Shown piece by piece: positions 40,777 through 49,200 of a DNA stretch of 64,000 bases. The notes under the pieces are model-generated. The model was not told the DNA's origin. It ran no database searches and saw only the letters and a list, made by a program, of their open reading frames with translations. Within the stretch, counting starts at the first letter, position 1; each line of letters starts with the position of its first letter. Made by a program: the position numbers and the translations under genes. Where the stretch lies: the sequence record DRR723986_3513; one strand, given 5' to 3'.

Positions 40777-43746
40777 CTACTGCTCGTCAGATTCAGCCGC
40801 TTCCTTGCCGAAGAGCAGGAAGCCTAGGCCACCGCCCGATGAAGACGATTGGTTGTAGACGTAATCAGCGTCTAGGGCTTTCTCGATTCGCTGCGATGCT
40901 TCCATCAGGTGAGCCTTCGTGTAGGGATCCATTGCGTCGCCGGCAGATTCCAGCTTGCCGTCGATCGATCCCTTTAGCTCAGTAAGGTGCATGATGCTCA
41001 GGTTCGAGATCGCCTTGTAAGCCGCACTTGAGCCATTGCCAGGAAGCGTGAGGTCAATCAAACGCTCCATGTGCTCCCGTTGTAGGTTGCGACGCAAGCT
41101 GCTGATCAGCGGATTGCGAGCAGAGTACTCTTCGCCAGCTTCGGCTTCCAGTTCAGACCAAATCTCGTCACCGATGCTGCTCAGTAGTTCGGGAAGTGTG
41201 AATGCTTCCTTGTCAGCAGGGATGCGGAATTCGTTGTCGTAAACTCGGCGAAGCGTGGTTGCGTTCATCAGCATCGTTAGAGCAGATGATTGCATCGATA
41301 GAATGCGGTCGTGAACTGGCCAGGTTGGGTCGCTGCCGAAGCCGTCCATGAAATCCTTGGTCAGACGAGCGAGCAGTTCAGGCGATAGGGCATATGCGTC
41401 GTCGCGGAAAGTGTTCTCCAAGACGTACGCTAGTGCCTCACGCTGTTGTTCTGCTGATACGACCTCGATTGGAAGCCGTTCGCCTGGATCGCCCTTCTTG
41501 TCACGGTTGATGTGGGCACCACCGATCCAATTGGACATCATGCTGACTGACTTCATCTGCAAATTCAGCGTCAGCTCGTAGCCGTCGCGAGCCTTGCTCC
41601 AGCTATCGCCCTTCTTAACGTAGTCACTCATCAGACGCTTTCGGAAACGCTTGATCAGTCGTGATTGTTCGTTGGCGAAATCCAGTGGATCTTTCGCGAA
41701 GTCGTACCGACGTGCCAGTGGGTCTGGACCGCTGGTGTCTTCGTCAGTAGCGAACTGTAGTTCTGGTTCGCTTACTCGCGACAAGATCTTTGGCAGAGAC
41801 TTTTCGTCGAAGGAGTAGCCGTATTCGATTGCCCAGTAATCATACGGGCCGATGCCGATCATGGCGTAATCACCCTGCACTTCACCTTCTTCAATTTTCA
41901 GGTTCAGTGGAAGGTAATCCATCACGCTGCCAGCGAAAGCAGTCTCGCCCTTGAGCTTCTTGCTGTTGATTTCTTCAAGCGAGTAGAGGCTACTGGCTTT
42001 GAAGTTGTGGCGAAGACCAAGTGTGTGCCCAACTTCGTGAGCGACAAGGTCGGCGAGTAGAGGTCCAATGAACGACTCAGGCATGCCGTCAAGCATCGAC
42101 TCAGTCGGCTTGGCAGGCTTCTTGTCTTCGCCTTCCTTCTTCTCTTCGTCCTTTTCCTCGTCCCCATCATCGTCATCGCCGTCATCGCCGTCTTCGCCAG
42201 CTTCTTTGCTGTCGTCTTCAGCTTCCTCGTCCTTTTTCGCGTTCTTGCGTTTCTTCTTGCCCTTCTTTGCTTCCTCGTTGGCTTCATCGCCAAGAAGTGC
42301 TTCTGGGCCCATAGCAAGAATCATTCGCATCATCGACGTATCAACGCGTCGCCCCTGGGCAGCTAGACAAAGGCCGTTAACCTGGCTTGTGCGGCCAATC
42401 AAACCATCAAAGGTCTCGTCGCCCATCATGCGAGTCTTCAGGGAAGTGCTCGAGTTAGCAGCGCCAGGTGTGCGAAGCTGTGCTCGTAGTTGAGCGGAAA
42501 TCTGAGCACGCTTGGCTGCATCGGCGAATCGGATTCGTGGGTCCCAGTTTGGATGTTCAGCCAGCCATGCGAGTGTTTCGTCGCTCATGCCTTCGGTTGC
42601 GATGACAGGCATGTAGTCGGCAAACTCTTCGTTGAAATAACGAATCCAACCGTCGGTGAGTACGATGTCAGCATCCAAGATCTGTCCGGTCTCAGGGTGG
42701 ACGCGGCTTGGGCCAATCGCAGTTGACACGTTGTTGTTCAGCCAACGAATGAAGTTGTAACGCACGTCTTCTGGATCTTTGTCCATGTGCTTGTTCGTTG
42801 CTTTGTCTTGATAGACAACTTCGATGGCGTCGGAGATGCCAACTTTCTCAAACGCTTTGTTCCAATACAGAACACCTTGTTTGACCCAGCGGCGGTAGCG
42901 AACTGGTGTGGTGTGCTCCAGGTAGAACTTGATCGGCTCGTTAGGAGGCGAGAGCTTCAGCGAAGGATCTCGTTTGGTGAGGTGCCAGCGATTGATGAAG
43001 TTGATATCGACTTCGTCGTCCTTGTACTTGCCGTAGTCGGAGTAAGACGTTGTGAAGTAGCCGATTCGCTGGTCAGCCACACGTGGCTTGTAGCCGGTGC
43101 TCGCTGGAATCTCGCTGATAGAGTAGTAGAGCGTTTGCAGCTTACCGCTTGTCGACGGCATTTCAAACGCAAGCTCGACGTTCTTTTCGAATGCTTTCTG
43201 CTTGACGATCTTTGCCAGGCCCGGGTTGCGAGAACCGCCGCTTGAACCGAAGAAGGTTCGTGCGTTTCCTACCAACAACTGATCGCCGTCAATCACTGGA
43301 CCGCCACGCGGTGAGAGCGTGATGATCGGCAGATCCAGGAGTACCTGACCGGTGAACAATCGGCTGACCGAGGACTTGGATTCTGAGTCACCACCAGAGC
43401 GGATGTTCAGCTCAGGTGCGATGAGTGCAAGACGTTTGTTGTATTGACGCCACTGGACGTAGTAGTCGCCAGCCTGCAGACCCGAGAAGATCTGTCCGCT
43501 CGCGACGGTCAGGCCAATGAAGTACTTCTTCGAAGAGAAGCTCTTGGGCAACTCGATCAGTAGCTGCCCTTCCTTTTCCTTACTGTACAGGGTGTACATC
43601 GATGACCGCGCGTCGCCTGACGGCTCAATCTTCTTGTAACCCTCGACAACCTTGTCAAACGGCGGGTAATCCGCAGCTTGGGCCGCGGATGAGAATCCGC
43701 AGGCAAAGAGAAACGCCGACAGGACGGCAACCGATCTCCACTGCAT
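40777..43746 (-). CDS. Secreted zinc-dependent metalloprotease (DUF5117/DUF4953 Met-zincin type)
   Basis: Signal peptide; 'DQRIGYF', 'WNKAFEKVG', 'DVRYN', 'HEVGHTLGLRHNF', Met-turn 'SVMDY'. Confidence 0.92.
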   Translation of the reverse strand: MQWRSVAVLSAFLFACGFSSAAQAADYPPFDKVVEGYKKIEPSGDARSSMYTLYSKEKEGQLLIELPKSFSSKKYFIGLTVASGQIFSGLQAGDYYVQWRQYNKRLALIAPELNIRSGGDSESKSSVSRLFTGQVLLDLPIITLSPRGGPVIDGDQLLVGNARTFFGSSGGSRNPGLAKIVKQKAFEKNVELAFEMPSTSGKLQTLYYSISEIPASTGYKPRVADQRIGYFTTSYSDYGKYKDDEVDINFINRWHLTKRDPSLKLSPPNEPIKFYLEHTTPVRYRRWVKQGVLYWNKAFEKVGISDAIEVVYQDKATNKHMDKDPEDVRYNFIRWLNNNVSTAIGPSRVHPETGQILDADIVLTDGWIRYFNEEFADYMPVIATEGMSDETLAWLAEHPNWDPRIRFADAAKRAQISAQLRAQLRTPGAANSSTSLKTRMMGDETFDGLIGRTSQVNGLCLAAQGRRVDTSMMRMILAMGPEALLGDEANEEAKKGKKKRKNAKKDEEAEDDSKEAGEDGDDGDDDDGDEEKDEEKKEGEDKKPAKPTESMLDGMPESFIGPLLADLVAHEVGHTLGLRHNFKASSLYSLEEINSKKLKGETAFAGSVMDYLPLNLKIEEGEVQGDYAMIGIGPYDYWAIEYGYSFDEKSLPKILSRVSEPELQFATDEDTSGPDPLARRYDFAKDPLDFANEQSRLIKRFRKRLMSDYVKKGDSWSKARDGYELTLNLQMKSVSMMSNWIGGAHINRDKKGDPGERLPIEVVSAEQQREALAYVLENTFRDDAYALSPELLARLTKDFMDGFGSDPTWPVHDRILSMQSSALTMLMNATTLRRVYDNEFRIPADKEAFTLPELLSSIGDEIWSELEAEAGEEYSARNPLISSLRRNLQREHMERLIDLTLPGNGSSAAYKAISNLSIMHLTELKGSIDGKLESAGDAMDPYTKAHLMEASQRIEKALDADYVYNQSSSSGGGLGFLLFGKEAAESDEQ

Positions 43747-44338
43747 AGCAGGTGACCTTTCAGAGGAATGATGTAATTGTGGTTGGTTTTGGGCGCGTTG
43801 ACATATCCCGGCAGCCTATATCTAGCTTCGCGGATGGGCTGGCGTTGAAGCTGTGAAACAGAACTGCCGCGACAACCCGCACCATTTTTGCAATACGGGC
43901 GGACTGTGCGGCCTGCGAGGTTTATGTCGCGCAGGGGGGATGGGCGATTTTCGCTACTTCATCGTAACGGTCCAGGCGTCTTTGTGCCATTGAGCCCGTG
44001 GCCATTCCCCCAGGACTTTCCATCAAGAACAGCAAGCGAAGGAAGACAATCGGCGACAATTCGGCACTTTCCAGTGTGGCTGTTGCCGCTGCGGGCAGCC
44101 GCGTTGCTCGCAAAACCGGCGTAACCGGTCGTTTTTGCCTAGCACTACGAATCGAGCCTTCGGCGTGCCGATGATGCTAGCTATCAGGCTACCCGTTGAA
44201 ACGTGAACCGCACTGTTCTGTGCTCGCGTGGATTGACTGCACTGCAAGTGCATGGGGAAAGCCGCAAATGTCACCAGCTCTGTGCCGGCTGACGACTCTA
44301 CACCGTTGTAGCGTTCTAGCTTTGAAGGGAAACGAGAA

Positions 44339-44629
44339 GTGGATATCGACCGTAATCGCTACTTCATGATTGGGATGCTACTGTTTCTTCTCGGGATCCA
44401 GTTTCGGACTGTCGAGTCGTTTACGTTGAACGAAACCAGCACGCGAGCACTGGCGAGAATTGCCAAGGATTCGCAGTTGGCCAGCGGAGACATTACGACA
44501 GACATATACATGACGGTCCATCCTGAACCCAAGAAAACAGTTAAGCCACCGCCCTGGTTGGGCTGGGCTCTGCTGACATCTGGTGGCGTGATTTGCCTCC
44601 ACGCACTCGTCTTGCCAAGGCCCAGATAG
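44339..44629 (+). CDS. Small two-TM membrane protein, hypothetical
   Basis: Two hydrophobic segments flanking a short loop; purine-rich upstream region. Confidence 0.7.
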   Translation: MDIDRNRYFMIGMLLFLLGIQFRTVESFTLNETSTRALARIAKDSQLASGDITTDIYMTVHPEPKKTVKPPPWLGWALLTSGGVICLHALVLPRPR

Positions 44630-44730
44630 CGCGGCCAACAATGTGCGACTCTGATTTCTGCGTATTGCCAGGGCTCAGACTCAGCACGGTGACCACCAGC
44701 AGAATCGACTTCGAAATTGAGAGGCATTCC

Positions 44731-45165
44731 ATGAACCGAACATCACTTTGCCCATCATTGTCTGGCTTGGCTATTACCATCGCCGTAGCATTATTGCTTG
44801 CTTGCGGTTTGTTGAGGCTCTCCGCGTCGGCCCAAGATGGTGGGATGATGATGAAAGACATGGGCATGAAAGAGAAGGGAATGTCGGGCGGCATGATGTC
44901 TAAGGGTATGCCCGCCAAGTTGATGCGCGAGGGTAGCCGCATCGATACTGCCTTGATTACCTTCCGGGCGGCCGGCGACAGGCTGACAGCACAGCTTGCC
45001 GATCAGCGGACCGTCACGGCCCTCGAGAACCTTGCCGCACAAAGAGTCCTGAAGGCTGTTATCGAAGACCCCAAGGACAATGAATGGAAAGTTGACGGCA
45101 CGATCACCGAATTCAATGGTCGCAACTTTCTGCTTCTCGAGCGCGTAAAACGCGGCGGGCGTTAG
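44731..45165 (+). CDS. Secreted hypothetical protein with Met-rich N-terminus
   Basis: GAGG upstream of ATG 44731; signal peptide ending in ASA; 9 Met in 22 residues; C-terminal 'LENLAAQRV...WKVDGTITEFNGRNFLLL' beta-rich domain. Confidence 0.72.
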   Translation: MNRTSLCPSLSGLAITIAVALLLACGLLRLSASAQDGGMMMKDMGMKEKGMSGGMMSKGMPAKLMREGSRIDTALITFRAAGDRLTAQLADQRTVTALENLAAQRVLKAVIEDPKDNEWKVDGTITEFNGRNFLLLERVKRGGR

Positions 45166-45912
45166 GGAAACTCGCTCGAGCAATGCAAGCTGCTTGATTC
45201 AGTGTTTGCGCTTCAGCGCATAAAAATGTCCCGCGTCGATCGATCCATAAATAATGACGACCGCGGGACCTGAAAATAGAATCAATACTTTGCCGGACTA
45301 AGTAAATCACCTGCCGGCGAATAATCTTGACTGACACGCTCTCATGCTTCTGATTCTAAGAAGCACTCTAAGCACAGAGGGCTCCCAAGACGAAGGCCGT
45401 TGCAAGGCACAGGAATGCTTTCACGGATTCGCTTTCTCTCACAGTTGTAAATCTCAGGCTGGGGACCGATCTAGCTCAGTCGATGGGCTCTACTGCTACG
45501 CAACCGCCGTACCAATGTCTAGCAATCATGATGATTTTTTCGGCTAGCCAGCTTTTTCCGCGTTTTCTGTGCTCCAAGCGTTTACGGCAACGTCAGTAAG
45601 CTCGCACTGTTCTGTTTCAGGCTGCGACAGCGATGCTCAGTTTGAGAAATGACCAGGCTGAGAATAGTCCAGATTTACGTAGGGTGGATGCGACACACCA
45701 AGGAGCGAATTCTGGTCGGTTTTGAATTGGTGGTTTGCACCACCCTCCTTTTGTCTCTACCGGTGCTGATTTGCCTCGCTCGAAGCAGATTCCAACGCAG
45801 CGAAAAGCGTTCAAAAGGGCCAGCCAATCGGGCAAATCGGTAGAATCGCAAAAATCGATGCTGCTTAGGAACTTGCCTGGCTACGGTATCGTCATAGATC
45901 CAAAGCGATTCG

Positions 45913-45940
45913 TTGACAGGTGGGGGACCCGAATTAGAAT
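45913..45940 (+). promoter_or_regulatory. Sigma70-type promoter for the giant surface protein
   Basis: TTGACA-N16-TAGAAT, about 290 nt upstream of the 46231 start. Confidence 0.65.
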
Positions 45941-46230
45941 CGAGACTGCCTTTTTACCTAAGCTGCCTGGCTTGTCTTTCCTTCCAGGTGGTGATTAGGG
46001 AATTCTGAGCCGCTTTTGGGGCTTGGGCAAGTCGTTTTTGGCGTGCTCAAGCTTGTTGGAAGCGGTTCAGTAGCGAACTGTTTCGCACCTAAACTTGGTC
46101 GATCCGACGAACTTGGCGGCTTGACCGGAAGGGCACTTATCTGGCGACTGGACAAATTACCTGGTCGACGGACACCCAACCTAGATACGCTTCTCTTAAT
46201 TGGCCGTTCGACCCAGCAGAGGACTATAAC

Positions 46231-49200
46231 GTGAAGTCTCGCAAGTCAGGATTGTTTGGCACGCGCAGCTCTCAAAAGCGCCGTGTTTCAGCATCTTCGA
46301 AAAAATCCACCCTGCGAAAAGGCCTAGTCGAGTCGCTCGAAAAGCGCGAACTGCTGGCGGGTGACCTCGTTCCCTATGAAGATGGGTTGTATTACCCCGA
46401 AATCGGGAAGTACACAGGGGACTTGATCGGTGGACTTTCGTCTGCAGAGTACGCCCGGCGGCATGCGGCGACGTCGAGTGGGAGAAGCAGTTCGTCTGGG
46501 GCCGGCGAGGATGCCTTCTCTGGGTCCGGTACTACGGTTGGCGAGATTGAGCCTAACGACAGCTTTTCGCAGGCGCAGCTCATCCCGTTGGGTACCGGTG
46601 CGGGACAGTTTCCGATTGTGAACATAGGCGGCGTTCTCAACTCGCCGTTTTCAAGCGGCTCGGCTCAGAATTTTGACGAGGACTGGTACAGGGCTGACCT
46701 CCGTGGCGGCGATATCGTTGATATTCGACTGCTTGGCAATTTGACAGTCAATTCTTCGCCCTTCGACGTTACGATTCTCGACTCTTCCCGCACCGAGATC
46801 GCCGGTCGCAATTCACCGCAGTCCGCAGTTTATCCACCGACTTCGCCACTCTCGACCGACGGTGCCGTATCTTTCGCGGTTGTGATTCCAGAAGATGGAT
46901 CCTACTTCATCAAGGTCTCCGATGGCGATTCATCGTACACGATGGAAGCAAAAGTCTATCGGCCGACGCTTGAAAAAGAAGCCGTCGGAACCAAGCAGCG
47001 TGTCTACGTTGACTTCGACGGAGCCCGTGTTCGGACTGACATTTTCGGTCTTCCTCTCGGTAGTGTTCGGTTGTCCCCGATTACAAGTTTCTTCGGTGCT
47101 GCTGGTTTGCAGGAGGCCGACGAAGAGCGTTTCATTCGCTCGATTCTTTCTGGCATTGAAGAGAACTTCCAGGGGACACTTCCGGATTCGACCAATGGCT
47201 ACTTTAGCCAGGATGGGATTGCTGGGAACTTCGATATTGAGTTCCTGAACAGCTTCGACCATCCGGACTTTGATCCAGATGCCAACGAGCACGTCACGAA
47301 GCTCATTATCAGTGGCAGCTTAGCTGAATTTCCAATCCCAGTTCGCGGTATCTCGGATTCTGTGGATGTCGGGAATTTTGACACCTCTGGCACTGTTATT
47401 ATGCTCCCAGAAGTGTTTATGTCGCCGACCGTTTTGGGCCAAGCGAATGCGGATTGGATTGGTAATTTTCCAATCGATGCTGGCACGACTTTGCTAGACG
47501 CTTATGCGAAAGCGATTTCGAACACGGCGAGCCACGAATTGGGTCACAACTTTGGTGGTTGGCACCAGGAAAACTTGAACGCCAATCTCCAGCTCCTTGA
47601 TAGCGGCGGATTGCCCGCGGACGTCAGTCGTCTCGGCGTAGGTCCCGATGGAGTATTCGGCACACCTGATGATGTCGATCTTGATTTCGGTCTTGATCAA
47701 TACGCACTTGTCGAAGGCAATTTTGGATTTGTCGATCATGCAGCGAACATGGCCCACGTACTTTCCACCGGTACTGCCGGTGGTGCGACGATCATGGGTA
47801 ATGTTTTTAATGACGTGAACCTGAGTCGCACGTTTGATACTGGCGATACTGCCGGACCGGGATCCCGCGTGTTCGCGGATGCCAACGGTAATGGCATTCT
47901 GGATACTGGTGAGTTCTTCGCTGTCCCCAATTCGCTTGGCCAGTACACTCTTTCGGTTCCGTCAGGCATCCAAAACATTCGAGTGTTAGATTCGTTAGGT
48001 TGGCGATTGACTACACCTCAGCAGGTGACAATCGACGTTCCGGTTAACGGCACAGCAGATGTCAATTTCGGGTTCGAACGTATCAACCTGAACTTCACTG
48101 GTTCTAAGTGGAACGACATCAATGCAAACGGCCTTCGCGATGATGGCGAAAATGGCATTGAAGGTGTTTGGGTTTACTTGGATTTGGATGGCGACAATCG
48201 TATCGACCTTGGTGAGCCATCGGATATCACCGACGCTCGCGGCAACTACAGTCTGAACTTCCCAGGTGCAGGGACGTTTACGATTCGCGAAGTTGTTCCT
48301 CCTGGATTCGTTCAGACCTTCCCTGGTCCAGATCTTGATAACGAGCACACCGTTACACTGACCGGTGATCCGACCATCGATGCCGATCGAGTTGCTGGAC
48401 TGAACTTCGGCAACACGCTCACCGTCGACTTCGGTGATGCACTTGCAAGTTATGGCGTTGCCTCTCACGGCTTTGTGCCCGAGCTACGACTTGGCGTGAA
48501 CTGGGACGCTGAACAAGCTTCACAGCATTCTGCCGACGCACTCGGTGATGACAACAATGGCGCGTCTATCGCTGGTGGCGAGAAAGACGGCGGGTCCAGC
48601 GTCATCGATGATGAAGACGGCGTCTCGCTGGTTCGACCACTTGTTCCAGGTACGAACCAAATTGCAGCAGTCGTGAACAATTCGACTGGAGCGTCTGCCT
48701 TCCTGAGCGGATGGGTCGACTTCAATCAGAACGGCACTTTCGAAGCCTCTGAACAAGTTGCCTCGGACATCGTTGTCGGAAGCGGTGCCTCTCAAATTGT
48801 CGATGTTAACTTCACCGCGCCTCAAGATGTTGTGCTCGGGAATACTTTCGCTCGGTTCCGACTGAGCAGTGACTCCGGCCTTGGTCCAACGGGTGTTTCC
48901 GGCTCAGGTGAAGTTGAAGATTACGTCTTCGAAGTGGTCGCCGACCGCGAGTTCACCATCAACGACACGGCGAGCGTTACTCGCAATTCTGTCTTGAACG
49001 AGATCGACGTCCTAGCAAACGACTTCAAGCTTCCCGGTGAGCAGCTTGAGATCCTCAGCAACAGTGGAAGTGCGGCAGGCGGTATCGTTACGATCTCTTC
49101 GAGCAACACGATACTTTACACGCCACCAAATGGTTTCATCGGCCAAGACACGTTCACCTACACGGCCAGGAATTCCTTCGGAGATGTTGGAACGGCCAAC

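Noticed and set aside
43798..43830. TTGACA near the Met-zincin upstream region
   Set aside because: No properly spaced -10 element, and it points away from the protease gene.
45829..45890. GGGCAAA...CGCAAAA resembling a c-di-GMP-I riboswitch
   Set aside because: Lacks the GAAA-tetraloop stem and second-stem consensus, and lies upstream of the predicted promoter.
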